Assembly: GCA_951406725.2 (NCBI GenBank)
Contig: OX597816.1
Coordinates: forward strand, 123,628,001-123,692,000
DNA length: 64,000 bases
DNA from: Octopus vulgaris
Taxonomy: Eukaryota
Reading direction: 5' to 3'
Shown: piece by piece, positions 27,121 through 39,886 of the stretch
Layout of the letters: each line of letters opens with the position of its first letter
Numbering within the stretch: the first letter of the stretch is position 1
Notes under the pieces: generated by a model
What the model saw: only the letters and a program-made list of their open reading frames with translations
Told to the model about the DNA's origin: nothing
Database searches by the model: none
Program-made: the position numbers and the translations under genes

Positions 27121-28133
27121 ATGATGACGACGACAACAACAACAATAACGATGATAATGACAAGGATGGTTGTGATAGTGGTGATGGCAATGGCAACAGC
27201 GATGGTGGTGGTGGCAGTGGTGGTGATAGTGATAGTGATGACAACGATGATGATGATGTATGTATATGTGTATTGATGTACACACAAACGCAATCATGCA
27301 TGCACACATATTCAACACACACGTGCACACATGCATGTACACACATAGTCACACATACACACTCACATTATTTCTTTTTGTCTTTGGATAACAATATTTA
27401 CAATAAATTTTTCAAACAACTTTCTTAAACCCCCACTGGAATACATCCAAGAAACCAGAAGTGATTTCAGCATATCAACTGTCTTCCCAATAATTCCACC
27501 TTCACTAAGTACATTCAGTTATTGTTCAAGAAATAACAATTTTCAATCTTCAAAAGATTTTTAAGAATATAGGCAGCTTACATTAACAATTTATAACTGC
27601 TGGCAATCAATACAAAGACATTATATAATTTGGAAGTAGTTTCTTTACACAAGAGACATTTCATATTAATAGATGTGTATTTACAGTTACAAATCTCCTA
27701 AATGACTTCAACAAAATCTAAATTTTGAGAAGTAATAATATTTACTGAAGCATCATAACGATCTTATTAATAGTATATACATCAATGATAAAGAGAAAAT
27801 TTCAGCTATTATTGAAATAGTTTACTGAGTTTACAATATGTAAATGTACATCATCCTGTTTTTCTTGAAGTAATTAATTCTTCATTGAGTAACTGAAGTT
27901 CCAAGAGAGTAGGAAAATTCTGTTTTTTCTGTAAATTAGAATTCATATACACCTATATATATACATATCAAAGAAATCAAAATCAGAGACAGTTGAGGGA
28001 ACCACAAACAAAGAGTGTATACACACACACATATACACACACACACATGTATTTATATATGTTTACATGCACACATATACATTTACATGTATGTATGTAT
28101 ATATATACCAATATGCATATCTCTCTCTCTCGC

Positions 28134-28136
28134 TAT

Positions 28137-28178
<42 letters not shown>

Positions 28179-28281
28179 GTTTAACGTCCGCTTTCCATGC
28201 TAGCATGGGTTGGAACCGTCCAACCCATGCTAGCATGGAAAGCGGACGTTAAACGATGATGATGATGATGATGATGATATA
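28134..28281. repeat. Palindrome of two RTE 3' ends, tails pointing outward
   Basis: (ATC)n-GTTTAACGTCCGCTTTCCATGCTAGCATGGGTTGGA-ACCG-TCCAACCCATGCTAGCATGGAAAGCGGACGTTAAAC-(GAT)n. Confidence 0.95.
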
Positions 28282-29540
28282 ACTTTGATAACTTAGATTG
28301 GCTTCAGCCACTATTGGCCCAGGCCATACTAACTCAATAGCACCACCTGGAAAAGTCTTTTAGTTAATTATTTCAGGACACTATGGACCACTCGAGCAGA
28401 GAATTGTTATTGGTTGAGACATATCCATGTGTAGGTAGTTTATCCAGTTTTTCCTGGAGGAATTTGTCCAGGTACCATTTGAAAGTTGCGGGGTCTTTTT
28501 CTACATTAATTTCTTTTGGGATAACATTGAAAAGTATAGGACCATTTGCAGTGAAGAAATTGTGTTGCAATGTTCTTATGTGATGTGATCTCAACCTTTG
28601 TAGGGGGACGCATTGCACAGGGACCTAGTTTTGGGTGAATTGTAAACATAATACCAATATCATTTGGATAATAGTGGTGGAATATTTTTCCACATGGTGC
28701 AAATAATGTATTGCTCATGGCAGCGTTGCAGAGAATAGAGCTTCAGCTGTTTAAGTCGAGCCCAATAATCAAGTCCCGTCATGCCATTTATTTATTTATT
28801 TTGTAAATGACCTTTGTGGTACTTCAGTCCTCATTATGACTTGTTTTTTGTAGGGGGACCACAATGGGCAGCAGTATTCTTGGTGGAGCCTAGTGAATGA
28901 GAAGAAGAGAAAGATGATGGTTTCTTGATCCCTAGACTAGAAAGTTCTGAGGATCAATGAGCACATTCTGTGGGCAACATCGATTTTTTTGTTGATGCGC
29001 ACACACCAGCTAAGGTTGCTGTCAACAGTTACATCTAAGTCTCTGATATTATCTGACCGTTCAAGTAGGTCTCCTAACGGTAGTGTATATGGTTGTTTGA
29101 GTGTGCCCTCTCTTCTAAAGTGGATGAGCTCAAACTTTTTTCCGTTCAACTGCATATGGTTTTTTTTGTGCCCACTGGGTTACTGCACATAAGTCCGACT
29201 GAAGCATTGTTCAATCATATGCTCCCTTAACGACTTTCTGGAGCTTAGAGTCATCTGAAAATATTTTATGGTGCTATGTTCAATGGAATCTGCAATGTCA
29301 TTGATATAGAGAATAAAAAGAAGTGGTCCCAGCAGAGTACTCTGTGGGACTCCGCTGATGACTTTTGCTGGTCTTGAACAGATGCCATCAACCACAACAT
29401 GCTGGGTCCTGTTTGCTGGGAAATACTTAATCCATTGAAGTAACTTTTCACTGACTCCAGTTTCTTTACCAGTATATTGTGATCGACTCTATCAAAGGCC
29501 TTGCTGAAATCAAGGTACATGACATCCAAGTTGGAGCCCT
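28282..29540 (-). pseudogene. 5'-truncated CR1-group LINE RT fragment
   Basis: Minus-strand DVMYLDFSKAFDRVDH, SGVPQSTLLGPLLFILYINDI and MQLNGKKFELIHF, with frameshifts. Confidence 0.85.
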
Positions 29541-29676
29541 TTTGAAATTTTGAAATTTTTTGAAATTTTTTAGTTAATAGATAAGTAGATATTTTTATTC
29601 AAGAAATATTATTGTACTCTATATAGGTATTGATTGTTAAATATGAATTTATAATTTTTTATTTGTTAATGATAAT

Positions 29677-31634
29677 GAAGGTGGTGAAGCACGACCTTCG
29701 AACTTTAGGTCTCACTAAGGAAATGTCTAGAGACCGAGACCTATGGAAGTATGCTGTGCGTGAGAAGACCCGGCAAGACTAGTCAGGCCATAACCCGTGG
29801 CCCCTACCTGGGACGTAGTCAGTCCTCCTGTGCATACCTTCCTTCTTTCTTCCTTCCTTCTTGTGACACTTATGAAGACCTGTTGAGGCAAGTGAAAATC
29901 AAATCAAAACAAATCAAAATAGATGAACATCAGTGGAATTGTATTCTTTGTGGTACCAGTGCCGGTGGCACACAAGAAAACCACCCAAACGTGGCCGTAG
30001 CCAGTACCGCATCGACTGGCCTCCGTGCTGTGGGCACAACAAACACCATCCGATCGTGGCCGTTCGCCAGCCTCATCTGGCACCTGTGTCGGTGGCACAA
30101 AGACACCATCCGAAGACCCGGCGACGTAGTCAGCCCACCTGTGCATACCTTCCCTCTTGTGACACTTGTGAAGACCTGTTGAGGCAAGTGTGTGACACTT
30201 GTGAAGACCTGTTGAGGCAGAGGCAAGTGTGTGACACTTTGTGAAGACCTGTTGAGGCAGAGGCAAGTGTGTGACACATGTGGAGACCTGTTGAGGCAAG
30301 TGTGTGACACGTGTGACACTTGTGAAGACCTGTTGAGGCAAGTGAAAATCAAAATCAAAATCAAACCAAATCAAAATAGATGAACATCAATGGAATTTGT
30401 ATCTTTGTGGTTCCAGTACCGGTGGCACACAAGAAAACCATCCGAACGTGGCCGTAGCCAGTACCGCATCGACTGGCCTCCGTGCTGTCGGCACAACAAA
30501 CACCATCTGATCGTGGTCGTTCGCCAGCCTCATCTGGCACCTGTGTCGGTGGCACATACGACTGGCCTCTGTGATGTGGGCACATAACAAACACCATCCG
30601 ATCGTGGCCGTTCGCCAGCCTCATTTGGCACCTGTGTCGGTGGCACATAAAAACACCAACCGAAGACCCGGCAAGACTAGTCAGGCCATAACCCGGGGCC
30701 CCTACCTGGGACGTAGTCAGTCCACCTGTGCATACCTTCCTTCTTGTGACACTTGTGAAGACCTGTGAAGACCTGTTGAGGCAAGTGAAAATCAAATCAA
30801 ATCAAAACAAATCAAAATAGATGAACATCAATGGAATTTGTATCTTTGTGGTACCAGTGCCGGTGGCACACAAGAAAACCATCCGAACGTGGCCGTAGCC
30901 AGTACCGCATCGACTGGCCTCCGTGCTGTGGGCACGTAACAAACACCATCCGATCGTGGCCGTTCGCCAGCCTCATCTGGCACCTGTGTCGGTGGCACAT
31001 AAAAACACCATCCGAAGACCCGGCAAGACTAGTCAGGCCATAACCCGTGGCCCCTACCTGGGACGTAGTCAGTCCACCTGTGCATACCTTCCTTCTTGTG
31101 ACACTTGTGAAGACCTGTTGAGGCAAGTGAAAATCAAAACAAATCAAAATAGATGAACATCAATGGAATTTGTATCTTTGTGGTACCAGTGCTGGTGGCA
31201 CACAAGAAAATCATCCGAACGTGGCCGTAGCCAGTACCGCATAGACTGGCCTCCGTGCTTTGGGGACGTAACAAACACCATCCGATCGTGGCCGTCCGCC
31301 AGCCTCATCTGGCACCTGTGTCGGTGGCACATAAAAACACCATCCGAGCGTGGCCGTCTGCCAGCCTCGTCTGGCACCTGTGTCGGTGGCACATAAAAAC
31401 ACCATCCGAGCGTGGCCGTTCGCCAGCCTCGTCTGGCACCTGTGTCGGTGGCACATAAAATCACCCACTACACTCTCGGAGTGGTTGGCGTTAGGAAGGG
31501 CATCCAGCTGTAGAAACACTGCCAGATCTGACTGGCCTGGTGCAGCCTTCGGGCTCCCCAGACCCCAGTTGAACCGTCCAACCCATGCTAGCATGGAAAA
31601 CGGACGCTAAATGATGATGATGATGATGATGATG
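29677..31634 (+). mobile_element. 5'-truncated RTE LINE with a tandemly amplified GC-rich 3' UTR
   Basis: Begins with ORF C-terminus VVKHDLRTLGLTKEMSRDRDLWKYAVREKTRQD* and ends in (GAT)n. 9-bp TSD AATGATAAT at 29668-76 and 31635-43. Confidence 0.9.
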
Positions 31635-32400
31635 AATGATAATTTAGATATGTACATTTATTTAATTATTATTTTATAATTATTATATCTGAACGCAAAT
31701 TTCAAAATATTAGTTAGTTACTTTGGGATCTAGATCGTAAAATGTTTTAATTTAACTAAAAGTTATTATTATATTTCTAGTCTTATTATATTTCTAGTAC
31801 TATTACATTTAATAATAATAGTAATAATAAATATTTTATAAAGATAAGTTATACGTTTTTACTTTATAATTTTTCAATTCTTATTTTATATTTCATAAAT
31901 ATTTTTGAAAGATATCTATAATATTTATGCAAGTAATAATGGGCTAATTTATTTATTGTTTATATGTTTATTGATTGAAAAAATATAGCTTTTTGATTAA
32001 AATATTTGTTGATTATAATTTAGATACTTATTTTTATATATTTATTATTTTATAATTATTATATATGCACTAAAATCTAAAAATATTAAGAGTGATTGTT
32101 TTGTAAAATAGTTTGGTAATTAGATATTAGAGTATAACTAGGTTAAAGATATTCTATAGTTTATTAATGTTTTTTATTAAGCTAATTTATATCTTCACAA
32201 TAAATGCATTTTTCTATCTATTTACTCTGTTTTTTTTTACCATAAATATTTAACATAAGAAATGTATTATAGGCAACTGGTCCTAATGTTTTAAGTTTCA
32301 AATTTAGTTAATAGAGTTTCTTCTATAGGAAAAATAATTATCTTTTTTTTAAATAAATATTGTTCAACTCTATTTGCTTATTTATTTAACTATTATTATT

Positions 32401-32502
32401 AACCTGAAGAGTGACGATAATTTAAAATTGAATTGATTTTTCGATTAAATTTAAATTTAATTGTAATTCGAATTTAATTATAGCCACGAAAAATATGTGG
32501 TT
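32401..32502 (+). ncRNA. Degenerate type I hammerhead-like motif
   Basis: AAC-CUGAAGA-GUGACGAUAAUU...AAUUAUAGCCAC-GAAA-AAUAU-GUG-GUU. The cleavage triplet GUG is non-permissive. Confidence 0.5.
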
Positions 32503-33061
32503 TATTTTACTCATTATATATTAATAATTCATTTTTATACTTTTTTGATCTAGTTATATGTTTTATAAAAATATATTTTATTTTTTATTTATGATTTGGT
32601 TCATGTCTATCCTTGTTTGAATTGCATAATAGTGGGGTTTTTCTCTAATTTATATATTATATATTTATATTGCGAAATTTGATTTAATACTAAACTGAAT
32701 TTTTCCTTGTAAGTTTGGAGTTATACTCCCTAATATAATATCATCATCATCATCATCATCATCGTTTAGCGTCCGTTTTCCATGCTAGCATATATATATA
32801 TATATACACATATATATATGGAACAAAAACATAATAGTGGACAATAAAACATTCGAACAGATCGTGCATGCTACTCCCCCTCCTTTTTATCAATATGATC
32901 TGTAATTGCTTACATCTTATTTAAAACTTCTCTGTACAGTTTATTTTGATTTTGCGATTGACAGTTATTTCACACATTTACCTATATATATATATTTAAA
33001 GTGGACGTCAAACGATGATGATGATGATGATGATATGTACGTATATATACATATATATATA

Positions 33062-33247
33062 TGGTCATGATAGATCACTAGCCACTACACATTCTCTATT
33101 TTCTCTCTTTGTTTCTTTCTGTGTTCCTTTCTGTGGAAGAGCGTAGGCTCGAAACGTTAATGACATTTTCAATTTCCGAGTGTTATACTAATACATCTAT
33201 TAGTTGTCTACACCACCTGTCTTCATCTTTTATTTTTTGTTAATTCT

Positions 33248-33250
<3 letters not shown>
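33062..33250 (+). mobile_element. Short non-autonomous Penelope-like repeat with a minimal hammerhead-like core (related copies at ~3940-4065, ~4745-4895, ~42775-42857)
   Basis: CTGTGGAA-GAGC-GTAG-GCTC-GAAACGT followed by CTAATACATCT...CACCTGTCTT, shared among the copies. Confidence 0.55.
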
Positions 33251-33309
<59 letters not shown>

Positions 33310-34035
33310 TCAAGGAATACCAGATGAGCCATCCATAATTGGATACAACTCACCCAACAAAAACTCACTACTTGAATGGACCATAAACAAAACTTGACTT
33401 AAACAGGATTCAAATAATCCTATCATGTGGTGCTATTAAGTTAGACATGGCCTGGACCAATCTTTGGTCGAAACATATCTAAGTTCTAAGTTCTATATAT
33501 ATATCAGACAATGTGTGAAATCCTTGGTACAGTTACATATATTTGAAAATGGAAAAGAATGACTTCAGTATTAGTTCTAATTAATTTAATATTCTAATAA
33601 TATAAAATTTTACAGTTTGGTTCTTTGTTAACTTCAGTGGGAAGATTTTTTTTAAGATTCCTTGTTAACTTTTCTGGAGAACTTTCTAGCACACATCAAA
33701 CTGATCTTCAGGTTGTGTTGTACTGTGTGATTCTATATATAAGAGATTTGGTTATATCTTGGGTGGGGGATTGAGGTTTGTTAATGATAAGTGAGAGTGA
33801 AGGAGTGTTGATGAATCAGAAATGAAAGAAAATAGTGAATGGTAAAAACATGATAATTAATTGAGGGTGGAGTTGGGAGGTGGTGGGGTGTTTAAGGAGT
33901 GTTTTATGAAGGGCTTGTGAAAGTGTCCTCCTGTTGGTTCCATGTGAATAGTTGACCTTTGATGGAAAATATAATGGTCAGATGTTTTTCCAATTTTCTT
34001 ATGACTGAATCAACTACCTTAATTTTATAAAGACA

Positions 34036-34083
34036 AGCTTCAGTAATTTTCAATGAAAATTTTCATAGAAAATTACTGAAGCT
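34036..34083. repeat. 48-bp palindrome with one mismatch
   Basis: AGCTTCAGTAATTTTCaATGAAAA|TTTTCATaGAAAATTACTGAAGCT. Confidence 0.9.
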
Positions 34084-34931
34084 ACAATTACTAGAAATAA
34101 TACAAATAAAAGCCCATATCTTGTTTTCTTTTTTTTTAAATACAAGGCACATTGGGAAATGTATATTCTAACATAATCCTAAAAAAGGCAGTATGGTTAT
34201 GGCTGGAATGATTTTTGATCACTATTCTGGTTAGTTAAGAGAAGTGCACCTTTACATGGTAGTCTGACCTGCTAAATATAGCTACCAAATTTCCCTCAAA
34301 CTACTCCTTACTATTTTGAAAACGATAAAACATTGGGTTATGTAATCCAAGTAATGCAAGTATCAAGAAATCAATAAAACATCCATGGTTAGAATGTTAT
34401 TAATCATAGATCTACTTGATCAAGGCTTTCCTAGTGCTAATCAACAACATCACCAACAGCAACAACAACAATACTATGTGTACATTAACTTAGGAGTGTG
34501 TTTTTTTTTATCTCATAATGAGAAAATGAAATGTTAGTAAAATTATCTCATCTGACAATCTGTACCAACAATCACTCTTAAAAGTTTATAATTCAGCAAT
34601 GATTTCATTTTTTAAGATAGCTATTTATGTAATTATCAAATTTGATTTAGCTTAACTATAGAGATTTATGACAAACTTGTACGTGGCGAACTGGCAATAA
34701 TCAGTAATTTCTATCAATATATTGCATATATAAACTGTATAATTCACACATAAAATATTATTTATGAATGTTCTAAACAAATTTTCACTCAACGTTTTTC
34801 ACTGTGATTTGTTTATCTGCAAATTGGTTTATTTGTAATCAAAAGGAATACAAAAGACATTTTTTCACTTTCTAAATCAGAATCTTTACTCTTATCCCAA
34901 GCTAGAAATGAGTCATTGATAAAATTCTTAC

Positions 34932-34997
34932 TTCCATGGTTTTTCTCGGAAATATTCCCAAGTTGTTGAATAACTTGTTCAAATCATTAAATGGTAA
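34932..34997 (-). CDS. Candidate 66-bp internal exon (LPFNDLNKLFNNLGIFPRKTME)
   Basis: TTAG acceptor, GTAAGA donor, phase 0-0 and open frame in non-repeat sequence. The pyrimidine tract is weak. Confidence 0.25.
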
Positions 34998-37900
34998 CTA
35001 ACTGGATTCAGTAATCATAAATGTAAGTTGCAAAACATGAAAGCTTTTTGTCTTTGAGAATTAGCATGCATGTTTTTCTTCTTTCACTTTGGGTCTAGCA
35101 CTATATATGCTAATTGATGGTACAGGGAATATTTTTGATAACAACACAAAATTGGAAATATTCTCTAATGTATGAGATATGTAACATCTAAGATATTCAT
35201 ATGTGATATATTTGCACTGTATCATAACATTTCAGAATATTGAGTTAGTAAACGTGAAGTGTTTTTCCAAATCCTTTTTATCACCACCTCTGATAAATAG
35301 CATTGCTATTCATGTAAAGTTATGTGTAAACTATATATATGAATACTGGTGCATCTATCTTATTTCAGTAATAACTGCGGTGGCTACAATTTAGTTCCTT
35401 GTATTGCATTACCATTTACAATTCATATTCATTCCTGAGACAGTTCAAGTTCTACCACATAATAATTTATGTTGTTCGTTTTATATTACAACTTTTCTCA
35501 GGAAGGTGATACTTACAATTACATAGAGAATACTCTCTCTACTACTTACCTATTTTACCCAAGACATCAGTAACAAAATGCATTCAGTTACAACTGTGAG
35601 TTTCACTTTTACATTCATCTATTGTCTCTACTACTTGTCAAATTCCACCCATTAGTAGCTGTTTCACTATTGTTTATCTTATTTTGAGGGCACCAATTTT
35701 AAGACTATGATGTCATTATTGCTAGTCATCTCAATATACACTACTTGCCTTGTACACAATGTTGTACACCAACATTGTTTGCACAAAGGCCAAAGCATCT
35801 GCTATTATGAACTGATTAACCAGTTAGTATTGTTATTTACTCACATTATTGATTCACAAACAGATTATCCAGACATTCTTCAGTCTTTGCTTCTTTTCAA
35901 ACTCAGCCTTTACCTAGTCATCTTTATTATTTGATGATAATGACAAGAGTTTGTAATGATTAGGTGACTACACTGCCTGAACAATCCAAAACAGCTCACA
36001 CCTCATGGTGGCTAAGAGTCTTAGCTGGCAGTACAGGTTTGATTCCTGATATGGTAATTTGACCATGAACCAACAAGGAACTTTTCTATGTGATTGTTCA
36101 ATCTACTAAGGTTAGTAGCCAAATCTCTTTAAAATTATACCCTACCATAAAATGGTATGGAATCATCAGCTGATATAACCCCATGGAGTGTTCAATCAAA
36201 ATGCTTTAGTTATGAGTGTGTTCAGTCAGGGATGGCCTGAGGTTAAACAACAATGATAATCACAGTCCCTTTGAACCTTTGATACTTCAGGTTATTTCAC
36301 TGATTTGAGCCTTGCCAGTTCTATGCAGCTTTTGATATCAAATGAACTTTATCACTAACTTTAAGACAGCTATGTGAAATCAATATTCTTCTTCTGTATG
36401 TGTTTCTCCACATCTTCCACATAACAACAGCCTAAAGCTTTAAAATTCCCAGTCACTCTCATTCACAGATGTTTTCCAGTTGTACAGGCAAAGAATACTA
36501 CGTATATTACTGGAAGAAGGTTAATCATTATCACAAACTAGGGGAAGACTAAATTAAGTTTTCATCTCATGGCTTACAAATGTGGTTTCTTTATAGTTAT
36601 TTGACTGCTTGAAATATGGGCAAAATTTTCTTTAAGTACCACCCCTCTGTTTTAAGAAAGGTAAGGCACATAGTGCAACATATTTACAGATCTACAATAA
36701 GGTAGTATGTAATAGCTTGAAAACTTTCAGTCATAATTTTGCTTGATCAGGGGTGACCTAGATCAAAACAATAACAACGTTCATGCCTCTCAAGTGTTGG
36801 TTCATCTGATCAACTTGTCAAACAATCTCTGTTAACTTTGCAAGATCCTTTTTCTTGCTATTCCTCAACTAACCAACATCTCCGATGGAAAACATATATA
36901 AATGATGCAAAAAGAAAAAAAGTTTAAAAAGAAATTACAAATCTATGGAAGTGCCCTGGGGTAAACTGACAAAGTAACTAAGAATGACAATTAGTATTAT
37001 TTTTCAAAAAGGAGAATCAATGAAGTATTTCCTGATATTTATAGGGATTATCTTTTTTTCTTTTCTTATTCAAGAAAAGTATTACAGTGCCTTTAATGTT
37101 TTGCAGAATCTCTGAGACTGTTTGGGAAAAGGGAGAAATAAACCACAACACATGGGTTACCTTCAGACCTGAGACCTGGTTCAAATGTACACAACAGAGT
37201 AAGTTCCGCTAACAGCATCCAAGAAACAGTATTTGCTTCAGCAATAAAACAGAAATGAATTAAGTCTACCATCCAAGAACAGATACAATCCATATGAAAG
37301 AGTTTTTTTACACAATTTCCATCAATCCAATTTCCCTCACAAGTTTTGGATTAATATGGTATTATGCCAGGAAGCACTCATGGTGTGATACATAATGGAA
37401 TCAAACCATGTGGCCGCAAAGTGCACTTAACAACATGCTCATGGCTGCATCATAAATGTAGCTATCAAGTGATAAGCTTTAAGTTTAAGTGCTAAATGCC
37501 ACATGAGATTGTAAATTAATGTAAAAGAAGTACACTTGGAATATTTCAACAAGAACTGAGTGGTTCAAGCTAATGTAAATTTTACTAACTTTGCATTAAA
37601 TATCAAACAACCACTAGAATGTGAGGAGTCTAATTCACAGCATAACAGCAGAGTCTACTCTGTACATTACTTTTTAATACCTAATAGTCTTTTCAACAGA
37701 CATTCAATTAAGTTTTTGTAATAATGCAATAACCAAACATAATTTGGCTATGATTAAATAAACAAAAGAAGGAAGTGATTGAAAAAAACATCAAATATAT
37801 TTTTGCAAAGGGGGATTAAATCAATATGACCAACATACATCTGAACAAATTAATTGCAAATACTTGTATATTCTTGTAAATTTAATAATCTTCACAGTTA

Positions 37901-38157
37901 TGTTTCACTTGCAATGATTTCAAATTGCCCTTCAGATATATACTTGCTTATAATTCTGGAATTTCTTTCAATAGATACATTACTGCAATTTAAATAATAT
38001 AATACATTCCAACAGTATATTTTCATCATGATTTTGCTTTAAATTTACTTGCAAGAGAAACAATTTAATTTCAGTGTTCATGCTCACTTAAACCATTCCT
38101 AACAATTAATGTTGGATAGCTTAATATCAGAAAGTTTCTCTTAAATAGTGACTTTAC

Positions 38158-38220
38158 CTGTGGCTTGGAAAAAATGTTAATAAAGTGCAATTTAGTGATA
38201 TCTATATTCAGACGACTCTT
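38158..38220 (-). CDS. Candidate 63-bp exon (KSRLNIDITKLHFINIFSKPQ)
   Basis: TAG acceptor, CAG|GTAAAG donor, phase 0-0. No recognisable domain. Confidence 0.12.
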
Positions 38221-38831
38221 CTACTTAATAAAATACATTAAACAGATAGCGTTTAAGATATTTTCATAACAACAGGTTCTATTAAACAATAAATGATTAA
38301 ATAAACAATATGCAACTACAAGGGGAAAATAGAATTGATATGTTAAATATTATATATAAATAAAAACATGATGGGTATTAAAGTTCAACAGTATTCAAAT
38401 GCAGATTTTAATTGAAAATGAAGAGAAAAGAAATTTCTGAAAAGAATAATTTGTGAAGTACACTTTGGCAGTAAAACATGAGTATGAGCAGCTAACTGTT
38501 GACTAATTGTTATCTCTTATGTAGCTGCAATTAATGTTAGATAAAGAAAAGAGTTCAAAGTAGTCAAGGGAGATTTTGAACAATAATCTTATATTCAAAA
38601 GAAAAGTTGATCTCCCATTGTCTTTCCATCACAACATATATGTAGAAGTGGGGTGGATCAAAGGGTGGAATCAGAAGAGGAGATAACCCCTGCCACAATA
38701 TTTATGTAGAAGGTGGGAAGAAGGGGAGGAGAAAAAGTTGTTGAGAGAGAATACACTGAGAGAGAGAGAGAGGAGAGGAAAGAGAGCGAGAATGTATGTG
38801 TACTTGTGAAAATAGATAATCAAGTAGTGTT

Positions 38832-38845
38832 GTCACCATGGTAAC
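38832..38845. promoter_or_regulatory. RFX X-box motif
   Basis: GTCACCATGGTAAC fits the X-box consensus GTHNYY-AT-RRNAAC. It sits beside a GA-rich tract in a largely TE-free stretch. Confidence 0.45.
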
Positions 38846-39261
38846 TAATAAGTTTTTATTTAAAATAAAATGCAGGAATTATTAGTGCAAATCTGTCACA
38901 TACCGCAACAATAACAACCTACTGTTATAGTGAAAGTTAATTTTTTTAAAGTCTGTGTTGAATTGTCTATATGTGGAAAAACATACATGCACACACACAC
39001 ACACATACACACACATACATGCACACACACACAAACAATCAGAAAATAACTAGATGTAAGTCAATCTAAACATTATTTGAACAATTTACAAAGATATGTG
39101 CATGGTTGACATATATTTTTACTGGCACTGTAGTGATAGATAAGACCTAGTAATTATCACAGGGGACCTTGAGAAAAATTAAAACAGGCATAGGTGTGAC
39201 TGTATCAAGAACAATACCTTTAAAGAATAGAAGATACCACAGTCACCATCATCATAATTAA

Positions 39262-39853
39262 TAAAGGTGCAGGCATGGCTGTGTGGTAAGAAGCTTGCTT
39301 CCCAACCACATGGTTCTGTGTTCCACTGCATGGCATCTTGGGCAAGTAGCTTCTACAATAGCCTTGAGAGTGAATTTGGCAAACAGAAACTGAAAGTAGC
39401 CTGTTGTATATATATATATATATATATACATACTCTTTACTCTCTTTTATGCTTTTACTTGTTTCAGTCATTTGACTGCAGCCATGCTGGAGCAAATCAA
39501 TTCCAGGACTTATTCTTTGTAAGCCTAGTACTTATTCTATGGGTCTCTTCTGCCAAACCGCTAAGTTACAGGGACGTAAACACACCAGCATCTGTTGTCA
39601 AGCGATGTTGGGGGGAAGGGACAAACACAGACACACAAACATATACACACACACGTACATACATATATATTCATATATACGATGGGCTTCTTTCAGATTC
39701 CGTCTACCAAATCCACTCACAAGGCTTTGGTCAGCCTGAGGCTATAGTAGAAGACACTTGCCCAAGGTGCCACACAGTGGGACTGAACCCGGAACCATGT
39801 GGTTAGCAAGCAAGCTACTTACCACACAGCCACTAAATATATATGCTAAAATA

Positions 39854-39886
<33 letters not shown>

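Larger units (their letters stand above)
29541..32740 (+). mobile_element. Extremely AT-rich, probably Penelope-like remnant, split by an RTE insertion
   Basis: R*VDIF near 29578 resembles RYVDDIF. ATAGGCAACTGG near 32269 resembles GIY-YIG YIG.TG. A hammerhead-like motif lies at 32401-32502. Protein evidence is weak. Confidence 0.35.

Noticed and set aside
29880-29900. CTGTTGA-GGCAAGT-GAAA as a hammerhead in the RTE repeat units
   Set aside because: No helix I or III can form and helix II is a single wobble pair.
29751-31610. Many overlapping 65-156 aa ORFs
   Set aside because: They are by-products of a GC-rich tandem repeat downstream of the RTE stop codon.
31635-32740. Mitochondrial insertion (NUMT)
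   Set aside because: No recognisable mitochondrial protein, rRNA or tRNA motifs. The Penelope-like traces fit better, though weakly.
37093-37293. Exon candidates on both strands
   Set aside because: Several mutually exclusive readings exist and none has a recognisable domain.
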